Shown in pieces: positions 37,010-49,400 of a stretch of DNA of 64,000 nt. The position numbers were made by a program, and so were the translations under genes. The stretch comes from Negaprion brevirostris (taxonomy: Eukaryota), in assembly GCA_030324005.1 (NCBI GenBank), contig JARDVH010000169.1, forward strand, positions 13,298,574 through 13,362,573. The letters are read 5' to 3'. Below the pieces are notes generated by a model. It worked only from the letters and a program-made list of their open reading frames with translations. It was not told where the DNA came from and made no database searches. The first letter of the stretch is position 1. Each line of letters begins with the position of its first letter.

Positions 37010-37326
37010 GGGTGGCACGGTGGCACAGTGGTTAGCACTGATGCCTCACAGTGCCAGGGACCCAGGCTCAATTCCTGGCTCCACAAACTGTCTGTGTGGA
37101 GTTTGCACATTCTCCCCTTCTCTGCGTGGGGATGCTCCAGTTTCGTCCTAAAGTCCAAAGATCTGCAGGTTAGTTTGATTGGCCATGTTAAATTGCCCTG
37201 AGTGTCGGGGGATTAGTGGCATAAATATGTAGGGTTATGGGAATAGGGCCTGTGTCTGATTGTGGTCAGTGCAGACTTGATGGGCTGAATAGTCTCATTC
37301 TGCACTGTCGGGATCCTAGGGATTCT
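37010..37326 (+). mobile_element. HE1-type SINE, tail A
   Basis: Complete head, V-domain and CR1-type tail. Confidence 0.9.
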
Positions 37327-38424
37327 GTGTGATCTAAAGATTCATTTTATTTTCTAAAGGATCTTTCCATCATAACCAATTCCCAAATTATTGCTGCACC
37401 TTCAACCTCCCAACTGGGGCAATTCACTTGCATCTGAAATCTGCAATGGTTGATGTGCTCAAACAAACAGTCTTTCTTATCCATCTTTTATCCCCCTGTC
37501 CACCATCAAACTTTCACTCTCACCCATATTCCCATGGTGCGGCCCATCTCTTCGCTCCCTGAAATCCAGTGGTGGCTGAAAATTTTAAAACATCGGGTGC
37601 ACAACTGGTTTGACCATCAGTCCGTAGACCACATCTAGCTCCACTGGGCTCACTCGCGTCCGCCAAATCACTCACTACTCTAAGATGGTGTTTATTATGG
37701 TCTGAGTTTCAATGCTGGGGGATGGGATATTGTTCCACCTGAAGTCAGTGTTGAGCAGTCATTGATAAGATATAAAAGGATGAAATACAAACCAAAGCCC
37801 CCTTTCATAATGTTTAATAAATACACTGGAACAAATTTCACATCGTACTTCACATTCCACATGAGAAACGTTGCTAACAAAAGATACTTTTTCTCTTAAT
37901 GAAAGATTCTTCAGTAAGTACTTGCTTCTTAACTAATGTACAGTCTATCCAGCTAATTTTTGCGTCAGGCTCCTTAAGACACTGAACAACTATTGAGAAT
38001 ATTGTGCTCTGGAGGTCTGAGTATAAAAAGTATAGGAGAGTTATAGCATGTAATGCTCAATATCTTATTTGCTGTTCAGGTATCACTAAGTCACAAGGCT
38101 TGCAGAGGTCTATTAGAGGTCATTCCCTCCTGGCCCCCTCCTCAGCTTAATTGGAGCATGAAGAACAATTATCTGTGAAGATCAGCAATAGAAGGAAATG
38201 ACCAGCATTTTCTTTAAAGATGGTTTTGCAGCTCTAACAACGTGCGACAGACTCAATTAACAGTCTGCACAAACACTGGCAAACGCACATCTCCTGTGGC
38301 CTGTAAGGCAGTGGTCATGTTATTGAAAAAGAGGAAACCGATAGAGGGTATGGCAACATGGAAGGTCTACACAACTCCACTGGAAGAATTTAGAAAGATG
38401 TTCTGGGTTGATCGTCTGTTGTAG

Positions 38425-38551
38425 GTAAAATGTTAGAATCCGTCATCAAGGAGGAAATAACGAGGCATCTTGAAGGGAATGGCTTGATAGAGCAGACGCA
38501 GCACGGTTTCGTTAAGGGGAAGTCGTGTCTGACAAATTTATTGGAGTTCTA
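38425..38551 (+). mobile_element. CR1 RT fragment running into a gap
   Basis: MLESVIKEEITRHLEGNGLIEQTQHGFVKGKSCLTNLLEF. Confidence 0.9.
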
Positions 38552-38810
38552 NNNNNNNNNNNNNNNNNNNNNNNNNNNNNNNNNNNNNNNNNNNNNNNNN
38601 NNNNNNNNNNNNNNNNNNNNNNNNNNNNNNNNNNNNNNNNNNNNNNNNNNNNNNNNNNNNNNNNNNNNNNNNNNNNNNNNNNNNNNNNNNNNNNNNNNNN
38701 NNNNNNNNNNNNNNNNNNNNNNNNNNNNNNNNNNNNNNNNNNNNNNNNNNNNNNNNNNNNNNNNNNNNNNNNNNNNNNNNNNNNNNNNNNNNNNNNNNNN
38801 NNNNNNNNNT

Positions 38811-38993
38811 AGAAAGGGAGTGGGGGAGAGGGAGGGAGGGAGGATATAGAGAGAGAGAGAGGGATAGTGGGAGGGAGGAGGGGGATGGAGAGGGATAGGG
38901 AGGGTAGGACAGATAGAGAGGGGGAGTGGAATAGAAAGAGATGGAGGGATAGAGAGGGGAGGGTGGGACAGAGAGAGTAGAGGAACTGAGAGA
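38811..38993. repeat. Polypurine (GA/GGGA) low-complexity tract
   Basis: Nearly all G/A on the plus strand, with many GGG runs. Confidence 0.9.
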
Positions 38994-39499
38994 GTTGTCA
39001 TTCTGCTGAATGATCTCAGGAATAAATCCATTTTAGTGAGACAATCTTTAAACTCATTCTTCCACAACATACAAATCCAGGAGTTGACAGCTTGAAATAG
39101 ATAAATCTGTTTATGTCTCACAAGTGAATGATTCTCTATTGAAAGATATCAATCAGGCATTCTGTAATGCAGTTAGAGCACAGGTTTTGATAGCCAAGAA
39201 ACATTAAATTTAAAGAGATCAAATCAATGTGCTTTTTTTTAAATCAATTATTTCTGCTGTGGTACTGACTGTTACTAAAGGTGCTGCTTCAACGATCTAA
39301 ATTCACAACTCTGATTTCAGTATTTTCTAAGATTATGGTCACCTGTTCTATGGTTTACAACTGGTTCACAACTGGTTCTCTTTTGTTTTATATTGCTCTT
39401 GTGAAATGTCTTTGGACATTTTATGTAAAGATTTATACTTGAAATTAGCGACTACATGAATACAAGTTGCTAATTTCAACTATAAATCTGAAATGCAGC

Positions 39500-39976
39500 T
39501 TAAGGAAGGATATGACAGCTTGGCGAGCGTATAGACAGATATAGTAAAATCTTTCCAGGGAATGAGGGATGTGTTGCATGGACAGGCTGGAGAAACTGGG
39601 AAAGCAATGCTTTCCTTAGCTTTCAATGCACCGAGGAGTTTTGGTAAAGATATTTAGAAACAGAAATAGTGTAAAAAGGATAAATAAAATTTTTCGGTGA
39701 CTGAAGGGTCAATAACCAGTGATCCCCAATTAGCTAAGGGAAGGCAGATTGAGGAAAAGCTTTTTAACCTGTAAAGAGGGATTGAATTGGAATGCACTTC
39801 CTGATGGGATGGTGGGAACACATTCAATACATCAAAAGGGGAACGGAGTAAATACCTGAAGGAGAAAAAATCTACAGGAATGTGGAGCAAAGAGCCTGGG
39901 GAGACGGATTAACTGGATTGCTGTTTGAAAACGTCAGTGCAGATTCAACGGGCCAAATGGCCTCCTTCTGCCCTGT
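39500..39976 (+). mobile_element. Decayed CR1 3' fragment
   Basis: TGGAATGCACTTCCTG; tail GGGCCAAATGGCCTCCTTCTG. Confidence 0.75.
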
Positions 39977-40711
39977 CAATAATACCAGAACATAGCTCCA
40001 AGATTCTCAATCTACATCCCAATGACATTTAGGATTTCAATTAATTGGATAAAATGTTGCAGGATACTGCAATACCTCATAGGTGGCATGTAACTGAATT
40101 GATAAAAAAACAAGAACTAATTCAGTTGCCCTTTTCAGTGATTTAAAACATTTCTGGGCAAACTTTTATTGAGTAATCATAATATTTAAATACCCTTGTA
40201 TTCCACAATCATATTTGCATTGGAAACTCAGTTTTAACAGGCAGCACCAATATGGAACTTTGCTCGATCTGTATAAACAGCAACATACTGCATGCGGGCA
40301 GCTTATTCTTCTGTTTGTTCAACTTCTCAGAAATATGGATGTTTAAACCAGAGTTTGAGGCCATTCAGCCCATCCTATCTTCACTGGTTCTGTGCTAGAA
40401 CAACCTAAAATTAATGTCATTGCCTTGCTCTGGCCATTAATAAATACTTCAATGCCAGTTGCTGGAGGATGATGCCAATGCTAGTCTTTACTCAATCTAA
40501 CATTTATTTTGAGTCAAACATTCACCTTCTAACTCTACCACGTCACAGTTTCAGTAAATGTGCTTTAAATCTGCTGAAGTGAAACATCAATTCATGCCTT
40601 CCACCTGGATATAATTAAGCACTCTACCTTCATTTACTTTCAATATTTAGCCACTTTCCTTCACAAGATGTAACTATTCCTTGTGACAAAGCATTCATTT
40701 TCCAACAACCC

Positions 40712-41072
40712 TTTTATTATTCATTTTACAGGATGTGAATGATGCTGGCTAGGCCAGCATTTATTGCTCTAACTGCCCAACACTTCAGAAGACATTTGAG
40801 AATCAACCGGGTTGCTGTGGGTCTGGAGTCCCATGTAGGCCAGACCAGGTAAGGACAGCAGATTTCCTTCCTTAAAGAGAACTAGTGAACCAGATGGGTT
40901 TTTATGACAATTGCAAATGGTTTCATGGTCATCAGCAGACTTTTAATTCCAGATTTTCACTGAATTCAAATTTCACCTTCTGCCTTGGTAGGATTTGAAC
41001 TCAGTCCCCAGATTTTATGCTGGGCCTCTGGTTTACTAGTTCAGTGACAATACCACTATGCCATTTCCACCC
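40712..41072 (-). mobile_element. tRNA-derived SINE family C, near full length
   Basis: Reverse core GGTCTGGAGTCCCATGTAGGCCAGACCAGGTAAGGACAGCAGATTTCCTTCC; tail GCTGGCTAGGCCAGCATTTATTG. Confidence 0.85.
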
Positions 41073-41074
41073 CT

Positions 41075-41383
41075 ATAGAATCCCTACAGTGCAGGAGGCA
41101 GCCATTCGGCCCATTGAGTCTGTACCAACCACAATCCCATCCAGGCCCTATTCCTGTAATCCCACATACTTATCCTGCTAATCCCCTAAACTAGGGTCAA
41201 CTGAGTATGGCCAATCAACCTTACCCATACATCTTTGGACTGTGGGAGGCAACCAGAGGAAACCCACGCAGACATGGGGACAATGCACAAACTCCACACA
41301 GACAGTGACCTGAGGCTGGAATTGAACTGTGATTCCTGGCGCTCTGAGGCAGCAGTGCTAACCACTGTGCCACTGCACCACCC
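41075..41383 (-). mobile_element. HE1-type SINE, tail A
   Basis: Complete reverse copy. Confidence 0.9.
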
Positions 41384-41959
41384 CTCCATAAAAAGGAAGA
41401 AATTTCTCCTAATTCTACTCCTTGGGATTTTAATGGTAGTCTAAAGTGGATGGCTTTGCCATAGACTCCCCAACCAGAAGAAACAAGTTTGTCTCCAGTC
41501 AACCTCACAAAAACTTCCAAAATCTGAAATGCTTCTAGTAATCAGCTTTGAACCCTCTTTACTGTAGCAAAGGTATTCTTTCGTCTGCCCTGCAAAATGT
41601 TAAAACTGCTGGGAAGATGATGTAGAATCCAGACTAGAGAAGCAATGGGCATCAGGTCTTCTGTAATTTAATTTATGAATATCCTCTTCAAAGATCAGCT
41701 TGTTCTTTGACAACACCAATGTGCTGACATGCCCGATCAGTTTTAAGTCCAGTTCATTTGTTCGTCAGAAGTGAAGTGGAATTGTGACAGCATGCACATA
41801 AATGGATTCATTTGCACTTGTGTTCCAGATTTAATTCCTTTAAATTTATTCTCGCACAATTACATCTGATCAATAAGTGACCTATCAATTTCAAATGCCC
41901 CAAGCGTTCCGTTTTAATCAGACAGCAATTAACAAGTATATTACGCTAATAGTTTATGA

Positions 41960-42200
41960 GTACAGTTTCCCCATGCACTGACGAGATCAAACACAGTGGG
42001 AGTGACTGCTTTGCTGAATCTATCCACAAGTATGATTCTCGGCATCCTGCAGCTCATCACTTTAGATCCTCTTCCTACTCTGACTTTTCCACCTTTTACC
42101 TCTTAAGTGTTCCAACCAAGCTCAATGAAAACTGCAGGATCAGTGATTCATCTTTCTATGGTGGCATTCCAAAGCCTCCAATCTGTGCTTTCACTTTTAC
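41960..42200 (+). pseudogene. Decayed Penelope GIY-YIG endonuclease fragment
   Basis: TDEIKHSGSDCFAE...HPAAHHF...SD resembles the IGETKRRLGDRFAEH...PVAxHFN...SD motif. Confidence 0.55.
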
Positions 42201-43056
42201 TGTTTCTTGATTGTCTATCCAAGTCATCTTCCAGTTTTGCGCATTTAAAAAGAAATCAAATCCTACCACTGCCTTCTTCAGCTATTTTCAGTAGTAAGTA
42301 AGCCACATCAGTGTTTGCTGTCCTAATGGATTTTTAAAAAGGCGGGATACAATGTGTTTGTGTCACAAAAATTGTTAAATACAATTTCTTAACTCATCTG
42401 GAGCTATCCAAGCCCTTACCATCAGCCGCGGAGAATCACCTTCTTTCTCATCTATCAGAATGTAGACTGTGCAGTGTGCATTCTAGGAAATACTTTGCAA
42501 AACTGTCCCCAGATTCACACCTTTCCAAGCAGAAGTATAATCCCCGGACAGAACTATAATTCTACTCAGCTGGCCTGCACTCCGACCTAGCAAACCCCAC
42601 ACTAGAGGCAAAATCACCCAGTATCTAGGTGGTTATGCTCAACCAGCTTTGACCCAAAGTTACACTGGTCATATTAAATTTGGCACAGAAATGTTTCAAG
42701 ATGATAAGATCTGAGTATCAGAAATGCTTAAAAAATCTTCTATATTATCCACCAACATAGTCATCTGTCTCAACCTCTTAAGACATTTTAAAATAGCCTT
42801 CAATCTGAGGCTGGACAATGCATAAGTTTACCTTTAATTGAGATATCCTTCTCCCAGCACTTCCACTTAAACATTCAGAGACCCACACTCTTGAAATAAT
42901 GTACTTTATATTTGTATAATGCCTTTAAAGTAGAAAAAACCAACATGTTTCTACATAACTGAGAAACTGAGTAGCCCCCTTTGCTTTTAGTAAACATGAA
43001 CAAACTCTACCCATTAATATTTCAGATTTCCAGCATCCACAGAATTTTGCTTTTGT

Positions 43057-43198
43057 CTTAGAGCCATAGAGGTTTACAGCATGGAAACAGGCCCTTCAGC
43101 CCAAGTTGTCAACGGTCCCCTTTTTCTGAAACCACAAAGTTAGCCCCAATTGCCCGCATTTGGCCCATATCCCTCGATACCCATCTTGCCCATGTAAT
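43057..43198 (-). mobile_element. CR1 3' tail
   Basis: Closely similar to 3436-3575. Confidence 0.8.
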
Positions 43199-44233
43199 TG
43201 GTCTTCTGCTAGTGGGTTTACTAAATTCCTCTCAGGAGATTCCAAGAAGTTGCAGAGTATATTCTGAACCTGTGTTGACACCACACAGGAATTTTACTCC
43301 ATTTGGCACTGAACCCAACCACTATTTTTACCAGGGACGTCTTCATCAAGACTCTGGAATCAACCAACACTCGGACGCTGAAGCTATACTGCAAGTGAAA
43401 AATCAAATTGCTGCAAGTACTGGAAATCTGAGCTAAAAAAAGAGAGAAAATGCTAGCACCAAAAGGAAAGATCTGTGGAAGGCAGAAGCTATCAACTAAC
43501 TAAAGGTATAATAAGAAGATAAAAGATGATAGTCATGGGACAAGAAACACAAAAAAGAAGTTTATGGGAATAAGGTAAACATGACTAACAAATAGTGTGA
43601 AAAATGTTTGAACTTATTGATATATTTGTACGTGCAATACATGTTATAGTAATCTGTAAATCAGAAAAAAGGAACAAAATGATTGTAAAAGCGAATTTTT
43701 ACTTCAGGTTATAATTTGCTTTCTTGTAAACTTGTAGTTGGTGTAATAAATATGACCTTTAAACAGATGTGTATCTTGGTCTTCAGATTACTATTACTGG
43801 CTCTTAAATCACACTTTTGAAATGGCATCACTGTGATAATTGGGTATTCACAGCACATGTTCACATATGGGATATATTTCCAAGAATAACGTGCATGATC
43901 CAGATGAAAATTGGATTCATGCAGCGACTGTGCATTTTCACTGTGTAAAAGAAAATTTAAATTGATTCGTGTCAGAAATGTCATTATTAGCGTTGTTTTT
44001 CTTTAAAATAAACGGGTCATGCAAGGAGACATAGGCTGTGGGAGCAGAAGGAGGTCTGAAATTAACTCAGCAAGTCCATCAATGGGAGCCAACGAGATAA
44101 CAACATATCCCATCAGTGCAAGGCTGTTACCCCACAAGCTAAATAACAAAATATTTCCTTAAGTTCCATATTGGAGTGAATTAAAAAATGGAGTTGATTT
44201 CTATAGGATACCATGACCACAAAGCCACACACT

Positions 44234-44619
44234 GGGGGGAGTCTTACCAAAAAATGGCAGCATTATTTCCGGTAGGAAAAGTGGCACGTTTATCCCTAGA
44301 GAAACTGGTCAGTTTTCTCTCCAGCCCTGACGATACTTAGTCAAAAAAATTCAAGTGGGCCTGTTTTATGTTGTCGTACAAGGAAGTGGGGCCTAAACAC
44401 GCCAACAAAACTGAGATTGAAGGGCCATCTTTAAACGGTACCCCAATCAGAACCTGAGAAAAACATCCTTCCAGCCCACCATGGAGTTCTCAGGGACCCC
44501 CACCCACTGATCATTGGCATATTCCCCCCCAATCATTGGCCTGAACACAGTCAGAGCCGCCGCCAATCCTCACCATTCCCTTCCCCAATGGGTGTGTTTC
44601 ATGCCACTCCACTGTCTAG

Positions 44620-44669
<50 letters not shown>

Positions 44670-44760
44670 TGGCGGTGGTATTCAGACCATGCTCTCCAGA
44701 TTTTGATGACCACACACCGCCATTCCTGCAGATGGAGAGTACAGGGTCAAAATTACACCC
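44234..44760. mobile_element. MITE with 3-bp TSD, containing a (GT)n microsatellite
   Basis: ACT flanks on both sides; degenerate TIR GGGGGGAGTCTTACC / GGTCAAAATTACACCC. Confidence 0.6.
44622..44668. repeat. (GT)n microsatellite
   Basis: About 23 perfect GT units. Confidence 0.98.
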
Positions 44761-45095
44761 ACTGTATCTATTAAAAAGAACTAAACAAAATGTCTCAACT
44801 AATTATGCCCAACTTCTTTGGCATCAATATGCAATCTTTATGAAGACTTATGTAATTAGGTAGAGTCCATCAACTTAGTAAAGTGGTTCAAATAACAGAT
44901 GTTATTCCTGCTCCTAAATACCTGCAGGAATGGCTTAGAAAAAGCAGCTTTGTGCATTAAAGCAATTTCCTTCATCTTTCATTGGTTTAATTACAAGCCA
45001 ATGGATACCTATTCCATTATTACTATAACATCTCAGTCCAAGACTATGAAGGTAGAATAATGTTACGTCACTGCACTCTCAATCCCAAGCTACAA

Positions 45096-45348
45096 TGTGA
45101 AAGTATATAGGGAAGCAGAGGGAGAGAGTGTGTGATGACTTTAATCAGGCAATTGAGGTTGGCCTCCTGACTATGAACTCTAATTCATAGCCCAATCAGG
45201 GAGTCCCATGTCCTGTATTTAAACAGGAGTGTCAGTCTCTCTGCACTCCAGATGTAGACGGCACATTGTGAGCACCCTGTGTGGTATAGTGACATCTTGT
45301 AAATAAAAGAACTTTGGTGATGGGACCTTCGTCCCTGTGGACTTATAT
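45096..45348 (+). mobile_element. Possible solo LTR
   Basis: TG start, CCAAT, TATTTAAA and AATAAA in LTR order; no TSD confirmed. Confidence 0.35.
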
Positions 45349-45535
45349 AGAGACCGAGAAAGACAGCGAGTCATACCTCAGGCAACTGCACAAATATTTC
45401 AGAATATTCAACCATACACTTTTTTCTAGTTGGTATGGCTGGGGAAAGAAGGGATGCTCAACATCAAGTCCAGAAAGGATCTTAAGTATATCAATAGAGA
45501 AGTATGCAACATCACTTAGAATAAAATCTCATCAT

Positions 45536-45890
45536 TTTCACATTGTTCTTTATGGGATCTTGCTGTATACAAAGTTACTGCTGCATTTAGAATCCATACA
45601 GTGCAGAAGGAGGCCATTAAGCCCATCGAGTCTGCACCGACCACAATCCCACCCAACCCATTTCGTTTATGCTAGCTAGCCCTCCCTGACACTAATGGGT
45701 GCTTTAGCACAGCCAATCCACCTAACCTGCAGTTCTTTGGACACGAATGGGCAATTTAGCATGGCCAATCCATCCATTTCCTGTATTACAACAGTGACCA
45801 CACTTCAAAAATACATAATTGGCCACAAACCACCGAGATATCCTGGGGGTTGTGAAAGGTGCTGTACAAAGTTCAGGCTTTCTTTCTTTA
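45536..45890 (+). mobile_element. DeuSINE 3' half with an inverted HE1 tail fragment (about 45589-45773) inserted
   Basis: GGGATCTTGCTGT...GCTGCATTT | HE1 tail | CATTTCCTGTATTAACAACAGTGACCACACTTCAAAA...GTGAAAGGTGCT. Confidence 0.75.
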
Positions 45891-47534
45891 CAAGGCCACT
45901 TACTGTAACCCATGATTAAACGTAAAACTATTTAAGAAAAATTGCTTAACCAGTTTTGTTGTTTCCTTCAAAAAAAAATCTGAAATCACATAAGCATATG
46001 CGATTTCACTGTCTTCAAATAAAATGTGACATGGATGCCACTGAAAATCTTTAACGCTAAACCTTTTATTGATTTAGGAAAATAAAACTACCAGTACACC
46101 TCTGTGCCAGACAGTGCACTGCAGATCTGTCAGTGAAGTAATTTAATAAATCATCGACCCAAGCAGCTAAACAACAGGCAACCTGCAGTCACCATTTTGA
46201 GCAAGTTTGTGGATTGCACTGTGCAATGCCATGTGTCACAATATTGCCAAAGATAAACATTCAAAAAATGAACTGCCTGGTCACCTGGAGAGCTCACTGA
46301 ATTACAGGAAGCCACCTTCAGAGTCAGGTTTTGGTCCTCAGCCTGGCCCAGCTCACTGTGACAGCACAGCACATCCCCTTCAAATAGAAATACCTGATCA
46401 CACAAAGTAACTCTCACAATTAGCCTGAACCATGAGAATTGCAGTTATCGAAAGAAACAGGCAAGTTGCATTTATATGGAACACAGGATTTAAATCTGGT
46501 GAATATTACTTTATATCCCCATAAAGAATACAATATTTCCAAAGAAAAATTCTCTAATATGAAATATCACTCATTCACATTGAAAAATGTTTACTTGTCA
46601 AGACACTTTTTTTAAGATCACGCAAGCTTCATCTCTCTAATGTCAATCTGCCCAGCTATGCATTCTTTACTGTCGGAAACTTTCTTTAGGGAGGCTTTTG
46701 TTCTGCCTAGAATGGTGTGGGCATTGCTGCTCACATGTAAGAGCTTGGGCTCTGCACAATCACAGATACCTTCGTTTTTACTTTGTAACATGGAGGCAAT
46801 GGTCATGATAATACAGAAGTTCAAATGACATTTGGGGGCAAGAAGCATCATGATCTTTATATTTATAAACATTTTGGGCAGGACTTTGCAGTCAGCTGCT
46901 AACCAACAGTAGTCAGCATTCACCTTCATAAAGCTTCCTAGGATGCTCTGGCAATTTACATGGAGCAGATTTCCTTTTTCTTCAATAGCAATTTAAATCT
47001 GGTGCCAAGTCAAGGGAGTCTCCAGACATCCAGAAGTAGTAATATCCATTAGCAGGGTAAGCAACCACTCACACTGAAGGATTCTCATAGCTAGCAACCC
47101 AGGAAGTTCAAAGCACTGATTATCCTTCATTTGTAATGTAAATTTTCAGAGAGCCAAATAAATAATGATTCGATTAAGTTAAAAGCTAAAAAGTAACAAC
47201 CTTGTTTAAAGAGTGTTCTTTTTATATTTGTATTTTAAATGTTATAATTTGACATTCAACAAATACAAAAATATTCTCTAATCATCAGTATTAATTAGTA
47301 ATAATTACAAATAATAACAAGGTGAAATTTTTTCAATGGTTTTTTTTACTGAGAACACAAAAATGGAAGATGTTGTCACTTCTGATTGCTTTGTACTTGG
47401 GACTGTATTCTGAGGAAAACTTCAACAGCACACCTTCTGTAGAAGTGCAGAATCATCACTTGCAACTTTTGGATTTCTGCATTATACTCCCTAAGTTGAT
47501 GTCAGTTGCATTGGTGAAACAATGGCAATACCAA

Positions 47535-47650
47535 TTCTGGTCATAGCTTCAGCTGCCCGGCTCCTAAAGCTCCAGAAATTTCCTTCTTAAACCTCAACTC
47601 TCCTACTTCTTTTAAGTCTAAAGCTCTATATAAATGCAAGTTGTTGTTTT
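47535..47650 (+). mobile_element. L2-type LINE 3' end
   Basis: CTTCAGCTGCC...AAGCTC...TAAACCTC and the tail CTATATAAATGCAAGTTGTTGT. Confidence 0.6.
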
Positions 47651-47811
47651 GCAGTTGAAAACCAGAGTTCTTCTAATAATAAATCTCATTGTTCTGGCAA
47701 GTAAAGAAACTACATACTCTTTAGATGCTAAATTCTGCTGTGTGTGCACGTGCGTGCGGCGGCGGCGGCGGGGNNNNNNNNNNNNNNNNNNNNNNNNNNN
47801 NNNNNNNNNNN

Positions 47812-48046
47812 CAGGGACCCAGGTTCAATTCCCACTTTGGGTCACTGTCTAAGTGGCATTTGCATGTTCTCCCTGTGTCTGCGTGGGTTTCTTATGGGTG
47901 CTCCGGTTTCCTCCCACAGTCTGAAAGACATGCTGGTTAGGTGCATTGACCTGAACAGGCACTGGATTGCGGCGACTAGGGGAATTTCACAGTAACTTCA
48001 TTGCAGTGTTAATGTAAGTCTTACTTGTGACTAATAAATAACTTTA
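47812..48046 (+). mobile_element. HE1-type SINE with tail B (head partly in a gap)
   Basis: V-domain; tail CTTCATTGCAGTGTTAATGTAAGTCTTACTTGTGACTAATAAATAACTTT. Confidence 0.88.
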
Positions 48047-48996
48047 AAACTTAATACTTTTTACTTCAGTTGCTCATAGAACACAGCAAATATACAGTAA
48101 ATCTCAAATTAGTGAGGAAGAAATTTGACTGAAGATTTCAAAAGACTTTAGAAATCATGGGGGCTGCTACAAGCATGTCCATGCTTCAAGCAAATGCTTT
48201 GAAATAAATGCGGACAATATCTGAGTGGTAGCTCAGACAGGGCAAAAAACATCCAGCATCAGAGATAATCCTAAACAGCCCACCTCACAGTATCCAGTGA
48301 GGAATAAGTAAAAGAAAAGTAAAATCTTGCCTTCTCTCCACTCCAATGAAGCCTCAATAAAATCGGCATGGGCTTGACAAGAAACAAATACGCTCAATCC
48401 GAAATTTGAAGCCATTTGTTTCCCCTTGGTATCATGAACAGAGCAACATGAAAAAAAACAAGCGATCAGTGTATACCGATCACATCAGCTCACTGAAGGG
48501 GAAAAAATCATTGCCATGTTTAACAACAGCTTCAGCTGGGGGGACTAAATTGAGAACGTATCAGCAACATGGAGCATTCAGCACTTTACAAGAGAGAGAC
48601 CCATGCAGCAACACAAACATATCATGTTACACAAAGTCATTTGATGTCTATTGTGCTTCTAACATAGAGTTCGCTACCTCTACCTTTCAAGAACAGGAGT
48701 GAATCAATGACAGACAGCATGACTGCCACTGTGACAGAATCTATGCAGCATTTTGTGAGTCAGTCAATAATTCAGACCTAAATCAGCGCAGTGCTTTATT
48801 CCCTCGGCCTGAGACATAAATACAATCACACAAAGGATTTGACAACCATGTATAGAGTTACAATGGAATCTTGTGGTATAATTTACATAATTAATTACTG
48901 CTGGTCCCATGCACTGAGCAGATACAGTCCAGTGTTCGACCAGACATCAAACCATACTCTGTTAACTTGCCGTGTTGTTACAAGGTGCTGCAGATA

Positions 48997-49400
48997 GCTG
49001 GCAGCACTGATCTTTGGATCTAGGTTGTGGGTTCAACAGACAATCCAAAGACTCCAAAGAGGCAGTGCTGAGGAACTACTGCATTGTTGTAGGTGCCGAT
49101 TTTCAGACGACACATTTAGCAAAGATAACATCTGCCCGCCCAGGTGAATATGAAAGATCATGTGAAACTAACAGAAGTGGGTCAGGAAAATATTTACTTA
49201 GCCAAAATGTATTCCTTAACAGGCATCAGTGTAATAGATTAACCGGTCATTTATCTCATGTCGTTTGCAAGACTATGTTGTGCACAAAGTGGCTGCAATA
49301 TTTCCCTACATTACCGGAGTGATTATAAAAGTACTTCACTGTATTCAATATCACTTGATAGCCAATGGCAAATGCTAACCAAAGGCATGTTTGTTTTTTT
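48997..49400 (+). mobile_element. DeuSINE (SacSINE1-like), near full length, decayed
   Basis: GGTTGTGGGTTCAA head; CTGCATTGTTGTAGGTGCCGATTTTCAGA...CAGGTG...AAAGATC...GTGCACAAAGTGGCTGC...CCTACATTAC Deu domain. Confidence 0.7.

Noticed and set aside
37010-37085. tRNA gene-like A/B boxes
   Set aside because: This is a SINE head followed by the V-domain; no complete cloverleaf or terminator.
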